Shown here: piece after piece, positions 6,660 to 16,900 of the stretch
How positions within the stretch are numbered: position 1 is the first letter of the stretch
Layout: the number at the start of each line of letters is the position of its first letter
NCBI GenBank assembly: GCA_017651185.1
Contig: JAGCDJ010000031.1
Location: 4,631 to 68,630 of the forward strand
DNA length: 64,000 nucleotides
Direction: 5' to 3'
DNA from: Bacteroidales bacterium
Lineage (GTDB): Bacteria > Bacteroidota > Bacteroidia > Bacteroidales > ML635J-15
The notes under the pieces: generated by a model
Told to the model about the DNA's origin: nothing
Seen by the model: the letters and a program-made list of their open reading frames with translations, nothing else
Databases searched by the model: none
Translations under genes and position numbers: made by a program

Positions 6660-8798
6660 TTAATTGTTAGTATTTTGCCTGTTTGCTTTTGCTTCTTCGT
6701 ACAACTTTTTGAATTTCTCGGCGAGTTCCTTTTTGCCACGCCTGTCGTATGACTTGTAGGCGTATTCGTAATAGGACAATTCAGCATCGCGGATGTCCTT
6801 TTGCTGTGCGTTGTAAACGCGAACAAGCTGACGAGCCGCCTGTTCATCGTATATGTCGTAGTCAACGGTTGCAAGGATTGTATTTTCGGCTTTGTCGAAC
6901 TGCTTCTGTTGTATGTAAATGGTTGACAGGAACATATAGGCGAGACTGAAGCGCGGATTGTAGTCGATTATTTCCTTGCAGATGCGTTCTGCTTCATCGT
7001 TGTTGCCTGTAATGTTGTGATAATAAGCATTGTAGTAATTGCCTACATCGTTGCGTGGTGCGATGGCAAGGAAGCGGTCAATCCACATTTTCATTGCCTC
7101 CTTGTTGTTTATGCGCAGGTTTGCATCGATGAGGTTTATCATTGCCGATTCGTTTGTAGAATCGTTGCGAACTGCCGTTTCGAGCAGTTCAATGGCGTGA
7201 GGCACATCGTTGTTGGCAAGGTATCCGCGTCCGTATAGGTCGCAGGTGTCGGTGCGCTGCAATATAAGGCATATCGGCACATTGTCGATGCTTATTGTAT
7301 CAACCGTATTCTTTGGCGGGAAATACTGACTTGTCAATATTTCGGGTTCGATGCCCGTGACGGGGAAAATCGCGTAGTCCCAGAGGTGATTTGCGCGTTC
7401 CGCCCAGCGACTTTCAACAATGGAAACTTCGTATTTGTACTTGCCAAAATAATGCTTTCCCGCCTTTTCGCTTCGTGTCGCAACAAATAGTTGGTCACCG
7501 GACAGATTGTATTTGCCGTTGTCAATTATCCATTGTGCGGCTTCGCGGTTGCTTACACCGTAGTTTTCAAGTTCGTAGCGGCCGAATACATGTTGCACGC
7601 CACCTGTAAATTCGTTGTAGTATATGTGGCTGTATGGGTGACTGCGGAAAATGTGTACGGCAGGCATTATCATCAGCAGTATAGGTATTGCTATGCCTGC
7701 AATTTGTGTTGCAGTTGAGCGTGACGATTCGGCAAGCATGTCGAAGCCGATTGCAGCTATAATGTATAGCGGGATTTCGGCAAAAAGTAAGTGCTGCCAA
7801 ATGCCGTTAGAGTCGGATTTGAGTGAGAAAAGCAGAATTGCAAGCACCGATATTGCCAAAAGTGTTATGATTTCTGTGCGGTTTGACTTTTTTACAAAGC
7901 ACAAACCTAGCGCAAGAAGCATTCCGACAAAAATTGCTGCTGGAATTGTCATAACCAGCATTTTTACATTGTAGTACCACGGCAAAAGGTCAGTCCAGTA
8001 GAGTTTTCCTTGGAACAGAATTCTTGTCGGAGAAGTTGGCGCGAACGATTCCAGCCAAGTACCAATTCCTTGTGGAACAAGAAGCACTACAATTCCGCAA
8101 ATAACTACAAGCGAGCAAATTGCAAAGATAGAATATCTAATTGCGGCTTTCTTGATTAGTTCGTGTTTGCGTTGTGCGATAAGTCCGATAATGCAAAGTA
8201 TTAGAGCAATTGCAACTATTAGCGAGCAATCTGGATTTGCAGTGATGCACAATGCAGTTGACAATGCAAAAAATATCGCATCGAGGATTTTCGGTTTTGG
8301 AAAATGGTCGGCAAGGCGTTTTGTGAAGTACAGCGATGCTGCAAAAGTCGCAAAAACGGGAATGTCGTCAAGGTTGAACATTGAATGCCCGAAAATTACC
8401 GGCGAAAATCCCAAAAGTAGCAGCACGAAAGTTCCTGTGCGCCAGTTGCGGCATCTTTTAGCAAGCAGGGCGGCGAAAATTATTCCTAAAAATCCGAAAA
8501 CGACATTCATTCCATGGCGCACGCTTCTTATTTCAAATTTTGTAAACACATCCGACATTGTAACAGTCAGTGCATTGAACCAACCGCTATACATCGGGTG
8601 GGTTTTTTCAAGAATGCTGGTGTCGTTGCCGAAACTACGGTAGTAGCGGTCGAGTTGGACGGCTTGGTTTATCTGGTATTCGTCTTCGGCGGTGGTGCTT
8701 CCGTAGTCGCTTACGCTTGAAAACATTATAGCCGCTATTGCTAATGCAATGATTATAAATATAATCCTTGAAACTTTGTTATGGAATTTTTCGTTCAT
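6660..8798 (-). CDS. Polytopic membrane protein (GT-C/ArnT-PMT-like glycosyltransferase fold suspected) with a C-terminal TPR domain
   Basis: About 12 hydrophobic segments in the N-terminal ~430 aa, with an NLDDIP loop. The C-terminal ~200 aa contain TPR-like repeats (AIELLETAVRNDSTNESAMINL..., AYYHNITGNNDEAERICKEIIDYNP...). Start set at MNEKF (8798) because a -7 box at 8820-8827 lies inside the longer ORF. Confidence 0.6.
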   Translation of the reverse strand: MNEKFHNKVSRIIFIIIALAIAAIMFSSVSDYGSTTAEDEYQINQAVQLDRYYRSFGNDTSILEKTHPMYSGWFNALTVTMSDVFTKFEIRSVRHGMNVVFGFLGIIFAALLAKRCRNWRTGTFVLLLLGFSPVIFGHSMFNLDDIPVFATFAASLYFTKRLADHFPKPKILDAIFFALSTALCITANPDCSLIVAIALILCIIGLIAQRKHELIKKAAIRYSIFAICSLVVICGIVVLLVPQGIGTWLESFAPTSPTRILFQGKLYWTDLLPWYYNVKMLVMTIPAAIFVGMLLALGLCFVKKSNRTEIITLLAISVLAILLFSLKSDSNGIWQHLLFAEIPLYIIAAIGFDMLAESSRSTATQIAGIAIPILLMIMPAVHIFRSHPYSHIYYNEFTGGVQHVFGRYELENYGVSNREAAQWIIDNGKYNLSGDQLFVATRSEKAGKHYFGKYKYEVSIVESRWAERANHLWDYAIFPVTGIEPEILTSQYFPPKNTVDTISIDNVPICLILQRTDTCDLYGRGYLANNDVPHAIELLETAVRNDSTNESAMINLIDANLRINNKEAMKMWIDRFLAIAPRNDVGNYYNAYYHNITGNNDEAERICKEIIDYNPRFSLAYMFLSTIYIQQKQFDKAENTILATVDYDIYDEQAARQLVRVYNAQQKDIRDAELSYYEYAYKSYDRRGKKELAEKFKKLYEEAKANRQNTNN

Positions 8799-8819
8799 CT
8801 TGCGTGTAAAAATGTTTCG

Positions 8820-8827
8820 CAAAGATA
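8820..8827 (-). promoter_or_regulatory. -7 promoter box (TATCTTTG) for the membrane/TPR gene
   Basis: Exact TAnnTTTG on the minus strand, 21 nt upstream of ATG 8798. Confidence 0.5.
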
Positions 8828-8869
8828 CAATGATATTTACTATTGGCAAAGCCGAGCTAAAAGGTTGAC

Positions 8870-8877
8870 TAATTTTG
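8870..8877 (+). promoter_or_regulatory. -7 promoter box (TAATTTTG) upstream of adhesin 1
   Basis: Exact TAnnTTTG, 122 nt upstream of ATG 9000, which implies a long leader. Confidence 0.4.
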
Positions 8878-8999
8878 ATTTGCGATTTGCCAATTTGGGT
8901 CTGATGTTTTGAGACACTGCAAATTAAATTTTTCTAATTTTTTAGGCAACCGTATGCTAAAATTTGCGTTAAGCATATAGAAATTTAAAATTTAGTGAC

Positions 9000-11900
9000 A
9001 TGAAAAAGTTAGTGATGCTATTATGTGCCGTGGTAATAAGTATATTTTCTTATTCGCAACAACCACCTTGTCAGGATTTTACTGTAGTGCCTAACATTGA
9101 TGCGCGGTGGAATGAAGACGAAAACCGCTTCGAGGCTTGTTCAAATTCTCCACTTGAGATTTCGGCAAATGGTGTGTTCCCAAACAATGATGCGCCCAAC
9201 GGCTATCATCAGTCGGACGAAAACCTTAATTGGACTTGGAGTTGGGTTGACGAGCATGGCAGTCATCAGACCGGTGGCACTGGTATGAATACTCTCGTTA
9301 CCAACCTTGAGCCTGGTGCCTATTACATAAATATGTATGCTACCGACCAAAATGGTTGTCGCTACGTTTATCCCGAGCCTATGCTGGTTGTTGTATCGTT
9401 GCCCCCGACTTTTACGGGAACAGCGGTAACTCCGGAGATTTGTCCCGGCGAAGCGGCCTTGCTTGAAGGTCATGTGCAACCGCCCGACCTGTGGGTTATG
9501 GAAATTCCAGAGCAAATCGTTGAACAGCACTGCTTTGTTGACGAGACTGGCTATGTGCAGTCGATGTGCTTTGAGCATAACGCGTTTGCGCCCGGACAGT
9601 TGATACAAAGTGCAAGCGACATAGAGTCCATTGCCATTGATATGGAGCATTCGTATCTGGGCGACCTTGAAGTATGGATTACCTGTCCATCGGGGAATCG
9701 GCTTACGCTTTTCGATGGTTACCACGGAGATTCCGACTGGCAGTTCCTTGGCGAACCTATTGACGATGATTATGACCCGTGTAATCCGGGTACGCCGTAC
9801 CACTATACATGGAGCCATAATGCAACGAGCACTATTGAACAGGTGGCAAATAATGCACCTACATATAGTTACACAGATAATGCAGGAAATCATTATTACA
9901 GCGAAGAGTACATACCTGCCGGCGACTATCGTCCCACTGGCGACTGGTCGAGTCTTGTGGGGTGCCCTGTGAATGGAGAATGGTGCATTAATATTCAAGA
10001 CCATAGGCATTGGGACGATGGCGTGGTTTTCTCTGTGGAACTGCATTTCGCCGACTATCTTATTCCATTCGACAACCTTATTCAATACCAGACCGAATTT
10101 GATCCTTCTGATATGGCTTGGGGCGGAAGTGATATAATTGGCGGTGTGGCGGCAAATACGACGGCATTGCCAAATGTTCCTGGGCAGTACGAATATGTGT
10201 TTTCTGCAACCGACAATTTTGGCTGTACCTACGATACGACCTTGTATTCAACCGTTCGCAATTATGGCGACCCCGAATGTTGTATTACACCGTCAACTGC
10301 AATTCTGACCGCTCCAGCAAGTATTTGCTCAAACAGGACAAATCTTTCGGCTCAGCCATTGGCAAACGGGAATACTGGGGAATGGTCGGTGGTGGCATAT
10401 CCTAATGGCGACAATGTGAACAATTCGGTAACTTTCACCAGTCCGAATGCTCCTAATACACAAGTTGTTGTAAATGGTTGGGGAACATATATTTTCCGAT
10501 GGACAGAGCATTATCTGGGACAGGCAGGTTGCATCGATTTTGCCGATGTTGCTATGACTTTCAACCAGCAGCCGAATGCGGCATTTACCTATACGCCAAT
10601 TTCATGTTTCGGTGGCGAAACTTCTATTGCCTACACTGGAAATATGAGTGCTGATGCCGATTTTGCTTGGAATTTTGATGGAGCATTTGTGCAGTATGGT
10701 GCAACTCCTGTTGGTCCGCATATAGTTTCGTGGCCAGAATCAGGTACTCATGGTGTAACGCTTCGCGTAAACAATCATGGTTGTGTTTCAAACGATACGC
10801 TTGTGTCGATTTTTGTACCCGACAAACTTGTGATTGACTCGATTTCTGTCGTAAACGACAGATGTTTTCATGCAAACGAGGGTTCTGCCGTAGTTACTCA
10901 TCATGGAGGTGTGCTTCCTGTGTCGTACTCGTGGGCGGCTCCGGGCAACCAACTTCTGAATCTTGGTGCGGGAAATTATAACCTTGTGATTACAGATGCT
11001 AACGGTTGTACTGCGCAAAGCAATTTTATGCTTACAGAACCGCCTGAACTTGTTGTGCAGTCGGTAACAACGACAGACCTTACCTGTTATTCCATTGGTA
11101 ATGGTGCTATTTCGGTACATGCTGGCGGAGGTGCTGGCGATTTGCATTATCTGTGGTCGGATGTTGGCGAAGGTCCAGCAAGCAGGATAAATCTTCCAGC
11201 AGGCGAATATTCGGTAACCATAAGCGATGACAATAGTTGCTCGCAAACGGCATTTGCAACTTTGTCGCAGCCAGAACCCATCGTCGTTCAAATGACATCC
11301 GACTATGCAGTGTGTGAAGGCGAGCCTACGCCAGTTTTTGTAAATGCCTTTGGCGGAACTGCTCCATATCGTTATTTCTGGAACGACGGAACAAATTCTT
11401 TCGAGGCAGGAAGCGGTCTTTCTGCTAATCTGTCCGAAACAGCACATTATTCGGTTTATGTCGTTGATGCACAAAATTGTGTGAGCCGAACGCAAACAAT
11501 GACAGTTACTGTCAGTCCAAAACTAATAATCGACAGTGTAATTTTGCGCAATGTGAATTGTTATGGGCATTGCGATGGCAGGGCGGAACTTGTTGTAAGT
11601 GGAGGACTTGCGCCTTTGCAATATAGTTGGCCGTCGGACAATTACATATACGATGGAATCTGTGGCGGAATGTATGCCGTTACCGTTACCGACCGCATAG
11701 GATGTTCGGCAATAACGACCTTTGTGATTACCCAGCCCGATGACTTTATGGTTTCATCTTCGCTCAATCCTGTTTCTTGCAATGGTGGTGATGATGGCGA
11801 GGCAAGGATATTTGTTTCGGGGGCAACTCCGCCATACACCTACCTTTGGCCGAATGGAAATACTACCGAAACGCTTGTCGCATCTGCTGGTACGTACACC

Positions 11901-13268
11901 GTCACGGTGCTTGATGATTTGGGTTGTCGTTTTACGCAGGACTTTGAAATTACCGAGCCATTGCCTTTGCACGCATTGCCAATGAACAATGTCACAATTT
12001 GCAAGGGACAGTCGGCGGTACTTACAACGCAAGTTATGGGCGGAACCCCTTTCTACGACTATGCTTGGTCTGGTTCCGATGGCGGTAGTTATTTTGGTTC
12101 ACAATACACCGTTTCTCCTACTGTCGAATCGACTTACATCTTGACGGTTACCGATGCAAACGGCTGTTCGGTACAATTGCAACCTGTTACTATTTCTATA
12201 AATCCCGACTTGCGAATCGTGTCCATTTTGCCCAATCGCGATACCGTTTGTCCGGGTGAAGAGGTGCTTGTCTATGTTGAGGCGACTGGTGGCAATGGCG
12301 GACCATATACACTAACGCTTGGTGATAGGAGCATAGTGCCGTCACCGTTTACGGTACGTCCCGACACGACAACCATGTTCTACATATCGCTTTCCGATAT
12401 GTGTGGCACTCCGTCGGTTATGGATTCGGTTCTCATCCATGTGTATCCGATTCCCGATGAATTGTTCAGTGCCGACAAGGTTTTTGGCTGTGTACCGTTG
12501 TCTGTGTCGTTTGCCCCGTTGGTTGTAAGCGGAAGCAGTTACCTATGGGAGTTTGGCGACAACGATTTTTCCGAAACCAGAACGCCAACGCATGAGTACG
12601 GCAAGGCTGGTGACTTCGATGTAACAATATCGGTTACAAACGAGTATGGCTGTCGTGTGAAAAGGACTATGCCCGATATGATACATGCCTATCCTCGTCC
12701 CAAGGCGCTGTTTGATGCCGATGTACAAGCCGTGTCGGCAATGTCAGCCGAGGTGCTTTTCGTAAACAGGTCAATTGATGCTGTAAGATATTTCTGGTCG
12801 TTTGGTGACAACGACAGTTCTATGTTCGAAAGTCCGCGCCATTTGTACCCATCTGCAGGAGAATACGAGGTCGTGCTTGTAGCCGAGAATGAACATTTCT
12901 GTACCGATACAACATCCCGTACCATAATGGTTTACAACGAGCTTTCCTTCTATGCACCTACATCGTTCACGCCCAATGGCGATGGCATAAATGACTGCTT
13001 CAGAATTTGTGGCAGTGGCATTTCGAAGAACAGTTTTCTGTTGACCGTTTACGACCGTTGGGGAGAGTTGGTTTTCAAGACAAGCGATTATTTCCCCGAA
13101 GCCAGTTGCGATGCATGTTCGGAAGGTTCGTGGGATGGCACCGACATGGGAAGCAAGCGCAAGGGCGACAAGGTTTTGCCCAATGGTGTCTATCAGTGGT
13201 ATTGCCAGTTTGAGGACGTATTTGGGAATCTGCACAAGGAGCAAGGAGAGGTGAATCTTATAAGATGA
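9000..13268 (+). CDS. Giant T9SS type-B cargo adhesin (proprotein-convertase P-domain, SprB-type repeats, 2 PKD domains, gliding-motility C-terminal domain)
   Basis: Signal peptide ending SYSQ. P-domain motifs HSYLGDLEVWITCPSGNRLTLFDG...GEWCINIQDHRHWDDGVVFSVELHF. About 8 repeats of the form C..G.G...V...GG..PY.Y.W....L..G.Y.V.V.D..GC. PKD motif WEFGDNDFS...HEYGKAGDFDVTISVTNEYGC. C-terminus FTPNGDGINDCFRICG...YDRWGELVF...WDGTD...GVYQWY. Confidence 0.85.
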   Translation: MKKLVMLLCAVVISIFSYSQQPPCQDFTVVPNIDARWNEDENRFEACSNSPLEISANGVFPNNDAPNGYHQSDENLNWTWSWVDEHGSHQTGGTGMNTLVTNLEPGAYYINMYATDQNGCRYVYPEPMLVVVSLPPTFTGTAVTPEICPGEAALLEGHVQPPDLWVMEIPEQIVEQHCFVDETGYVQSMCFEHNAFAPGQLIQSASDIESIAIDMEHSYLGDLEVWITCPSGNRLTLFDGYHGDSDWQFLGEPIDDDYDPCNPGTPYHYTWSHNATSTIEQVANNAPTYSYTDNAGNHYYSEEYIPAGDYRPTGDWSSLVGCPVNGEWCINIQDHRHWDDGVVFSVELHFADYLIPFDNLIQYQTEFDPSDMAWGGSDIIGGVAANTTALPNVPGQYEYVFSATDNFGCTYDTTLYSTVRNYGDPECCITPSTAILTAPASICSNRTNLSAQPLANGNTGEWSVVAYPNGDNVNNSVTFTSPNAPNTQVVVNGWGTYIFRWTEHYLGQAGCIDFADVAMTFNQQPNAAFTYTPISCFGGETSIAYTGNMSADADFAWNFDGAFVQYGATPVGPHIVSWPESGTHGVTLRVNNHGCVSNDTLVSIFVPDKLVIDSISVVNDRCFHANEGSAVVTHHGGVLPVSYSWAAPGNQLLNLGAGNYNLVITDANGCTAQSNFMLTEPPELVVQSVTTTDLTCYSIGNGAISVHAGGGAGDLHYLWSDVGEGPASRINLPAGEYSVTISDDNSCSQTAFATLSQPEPIVVQMTSDYAVCEGEPTPVFVNAFGGTAPYRYFWNDGTNSFEAGSGLSANLSETAHYSVYVVDAQNCVSRTQTMTVTVSPKLIIDSVILRNVNCYGHCDGRAELVVSGGLAPLQYSWPSDNYIYDGICGGMYAVTVTDRIGCSAITTFVITQPDDFMVSSSLNPVSCNGGDDGEARIFVSGATPPYTYLWPNGNTTETLVASAGTYTVTVLDDLGCRFTQDFEITEPLPLHALPMNNVTICKGQSAVLTTQVMGGTPFYDYAWSGSDGGSYFGSQYTVSPTVESTYILTVTDANGCSVQLQPVTISINPDLRIVSILPNRDTVCPGEEVLVYVEATGGNGGPYTLTLGDRSIVPSPFTVRPDTTTMFYISLSDMCGTPSVMDSVLIHVYPIPDELFSADKVFGCVPLSVSFAPLVVSGSSYLWEFGDNDFSETRTPTHEYGKAGDFDVTISVTNEYGCRVKRTMPDMIHAYPRPKALFDADVQAVSAMSAEVLFVNRSIDAVRYFWSFGDNDSSMFESPRHLYPSAGEYEVVLVAENEHFCTDTTSRTIMVYNELSFYAPTSFTPNGDGINDCFRICGSGISKNSFLLTVYDRWGELVFKTSDYFPEASCDACSEGSWDGTDMGSKRKGDKVLPNGVYQWYCQFEDVFGNLHKEQGEVNLIR

Positions 13269-13274
13269 TTGGCG

Positions 13275-13311
13275 TATTTGTATTGTAGGGGCTGCCCCTA
13301 CAATACAAATA
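13275..13311 (+). terminator. Perfect 17-bp stem / 3-nt loop hairpin after adhesin 1 (no U-tract)
   Basis: TATTTGTATTGTAGGGG-CTG-CCCCTACAATACAAATA, starting 7 nt after the stop codon. Confidence 0.5.
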
Positions 13312-13374
13312 ACCGCTCCTAAAAAATAATTAAAAAAATCCTTGCAAATCCTTGCATACCTCTAATAAAAAACA

Positions 13375-13382
13375 TATCTTTG
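13375..13382 (+). promoter_or_regulatory. -7 promoter box (TATCTTTG) for the small ORF / adhesin 2 unit
   Basis: Exact TAnnTTTG, 96 nt upstream of ATG 13479. Confidence 0.45.
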
Positions 13383-13478
13383 CAGATTGTTGCATAGTGT
13401 GAAAAAATTTTTTTTCATGCAGTAGGCAACCATTGAATTTTTTTTGCGTTAAGCAAATAGAAATGTAGTTGAAAAGTT

Positions 13479-13925
13479 ATGTTTATGAAAAAGATAATAT
13501 TGCTTTTGTCGCTGATTCTCATGGGAATTGGTGCGTTTTCTCAGGCGTCGCAGATTGACAGCCGATTGTATGCAAAGTACTCCGAAGAGGATTTGCTCGA
13601 AATACAGAGCAACAACCCCACAGACATCGAATACATGAATTGGTTCGTGGAAAATGCGTATGTCATAAAGGAAATTGCTAATCCGGAGACTTCTGCATTT
13701 CCAAAATTGAGGTATATGGACAAGGAAACCAAGATGGCTGGTTCGGAAGCGACATATTTCAATGCTGAAACTTTCAATGTTATGGAATATGATTTTGAAA
13801 TAGCAGCAAAGTCGTCCAATGCATACTTGATTGGGAATACTGGAAAAGTTCTGGTTTTCTATTCCAGCGACGATTTGACAAAATTATTTAATGAATACAG
13901 GAGGACGCATTATGAAAACCAGTAG
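13479..13925 (+). CDS. Small secreted hypothetical protein
   Basis: 148-aa ORF with signal peptide MFMKKIILLLSLILMGIGAFSQ. No domain recognised. Its 3' end overlaps the adhesin 2 start by 14 nt. Confidence 0.55.
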   Translation: MFMKKIILLLSLILMGIGAFSQASQIDSRLYAKYSEEDLLEIQSNNPTDIEYMNWFVENAYVIKEIANPETSAFPKLRYMDKETKMAGSEATYFNAETFNVMEYDFEIAAKSSNAYLIGNTGKVLVFYSSDDLTKLFNEYRRTHYENQ

Positions 13926-16900
13926 TATTAAGATTATATTGGGCATGTTGCTTTGCCTGTTTGCTGCAGGTTCTTTCGCACAGCAGATTATAACAATGAA
14001 TAGTAGTCAGACGGTCAATATGACTGGCTGTTCTGCAACGCTGTACGATTCGGGCGGACCTTCTGGTAATTATGCCAATTCGGAGAACTATACTGTTACT
14101 GTTTGTGTTCCGAGTGGTTATCCTATGGAATTGAGCGTGACTATGAATACCGAAAGTACTTCTTTCGATTATCTTTACATTTATGAAGGTTCTAATTCGA
14201 ATGGAACTGTTATCGCCAATAGAATAGGTGGTTCTTCGTTTACTAATACGTATTCTATCAACTCGTCATGTGCTACTTTCGTATGGCATAGTGACGGTTC
14301 TGTAACCTATTCGGGTTTTGCAATCGAAATAAGCTGCGGTATGGAATGTCAGGACTTCACCTTGGTGCCGGACATAACCGCTCGCTGGAATGCTGACGAA
14401 GAACGTTACGAGGCCTGCTCTAATGATGACCTAGGTATCGCTGCTCACGGCATTTTCCCAAACAACGATGCTCCTCAAGGTTACCACCAGTCCAATGAAA
14501 ACCTTATTTGGACATGGAGTTGGGTAGATGTGAATGGCAGACACGAATATGGCGGTGAAGGTGCAAATTCACTTGATGCCGATATCGAACCTGGTGCATA
14601 CTACATTAATCTGCAGGCTACCGACATAAACGGATGTACTTACATTTATCCCGAATCTTTCCTTGTTGTAATCTCTTTGCCACCAACTTTTCCTGGAACA
14701 ACGGTTACTCCTGTAATCTGTCCGGGTGAAGTAGCATTGCTTGATGGTCATGTGCAGCAACCTGATGTTTGGGTAATGCAGATTCCTGAAGCAATCATCG
14801 AGGAGCACTGCTTCGAGGATGTTACTAACTATACGCAGACTATGTGCTTCGAGCACAATGCATTTGCTCCTGGTCAGACAATCCAGAGCGCAAGCGACAT
14901 TGAGTCTATTTGTATGGAAATCGAGCATTCATACATTGGTGACCTTGAAGTTTGGATAACTTGTCCTTCGGGTAACAGAATGGACTTGTTCAATGGTTAC
15001 TCAAGTGGCAACTGCTCATGGGAATTCCTTGGGGAACCGGTTGATGAGGGCAATGATGCTTGTGTTCAGGGCGTGCCGTATCATTATTGCTGGACACAAA
15101 ATGCTGCTCAGACAATAGAGGCAACAGCAGCCAATCCGCCTGAATATACTTATACAAATACTGTTGGTTATACATATACCAATCATCCTTATATTCCAGC
15201 TGGTGATTACAGACCTATTGGCAACTGGACAAGCCTTGTCGGTTGTCCTGTAAATGGTGAATGGTGTATCAATATTCAGGACCACTTGGGTTCTGATGAT
15301 GGTACTGTGTTCTCGGTAGAGTTGCACTTTGCCGACCACATGATTCCTGCTGGCGACAACGTAATCCAGTATCAAACTGAGTTTGATGAGACTCCTACTT
15401 CGCAGGACTTGACATGGGAAGGAGATGCAATTTTCCAGGAACTTGTAGCAAGCACTACTGCAACTCCTGAAATTCCTGGTACACACGAATATATATTCTA
15501 CGCAACGGACAATTTTGGATGTACATACGATACAACTTTGACTGTAGTTGTGAGAGATTATGACGATGCTAGTTGTTGTATTCGTCCAACTCCGTACGCA
15601 GGTGTTGATGCTCGTGTTTGTACCGATCGCTATATGCTTTCTGCAACTCCGCTTCCTGCTGGAAACGAAGGAACGTGGACTGTCGTCGCTGCTCCTGCTG
15701 GTGGAAATGCTACTTTTGCTGCCGAACATTCTCCGGCGACGAATGTTTTTGTTGATGCATGGGGAACCTACAAGTTCAGATGGACAGAAGCATATTTGGG
15801 AGACTATGACAATTGTTCAACCTACGACGATGTGATTGTGGAATTTTATCCGCAACCTACAAATGCGTTTACGTATTTGCCAATTAGTTGTTATGGTGAT
15901 GCAACTACAATCACCTATTTGGGTAACATGAATTCTGTTGGCACAGTAGGAAACAATGCAAGTTACGTTTGGGATTTTGATGGCGCTGTAATAGAATCGG
16001 GTAGCGGTGCAGGTCCATATACTTTGCACTGGGAGAATCCTGAGGCAGCCACCCATCATGTAACACTGCACATCGAAGCTAACGGTTGTATCTCAGAAGA
16101 TACTGTGGTGAATATATTCACTCCGTCTAAATTGGTTGGTGACATAACTACCGTTGACAACAACTGCTATCGCGATTGCCGAGGTTCGGCAACCTTGACA
16201 GCTACAGGCGGAACGTTGCCGTACTCATATTCGTGGAGCGCTCCTTCTAACGTAATAATGAACTTATGTGTGGGAGACTATCATGTGACACTTACCGATG
16301 CCAATGGATGTCAACTTCCATTCGACTACACGATAAATGAGCCGCCTGAGTTGGTGGTGTCCGATATGTTTACAAATAGCACCGACCTTTCATGTTATCG
16401 TTCGTACGACGGTGCAATTACAATAAGAGTTAGCGGCGGTACAGGTTCGTTGTCATACATGTGGTCCGATATCGGCTATGCATCCAGATTACGTAGAAAC
16501 TTGTCTGCTGGCGAGTATACCGTTACTGTTACCGATGAGCACGATTGTTCTTTGTCACGTAGTTTTATCGTTAATCAGCCAGAACCGTTGGTTGTATCGT
16601 CTGACGGCAACAGTGCCTTGTGTGAAGGAACGGCATCGTTTGTACAGTCTTCTGCTATTGGTGGTACAATGCCGTATGAGTTCCACTGGATTACAAGTAA
16701 TGGAACAACTGTCGGCAATACTGCTAATTTTGAGACGACATTGCACGAGACAACAACTTATTCAGTATATGTTACCGATGCGCATAATTGTCAGTCTAAC
16801 ACAGAGACTTTCACAATAACCGTAAGTCCTGAGATCGTTATTGATTCTATGATTCTCGTGCATAACAAATGCTATGGTTCGTGCGATGGTAGTGCCGAAA

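Noticed and set aside
8842-8894. There might be an invertible promoter between the membrane/TPR gene and adhesin 1, because the 9-bp inverted repeats ATTGGCAAA / TTTGCCAAT flank the TAATTTTG box.
   Set aside because: The segment is only 53 bp with 9-bp arms, much smaller than known Bacteroidales invertible promoters. No site-specific recombinase is nearby, and the arms resemble the small GGCAAAGCC hairpin words seen elsewhere (51693-51705).
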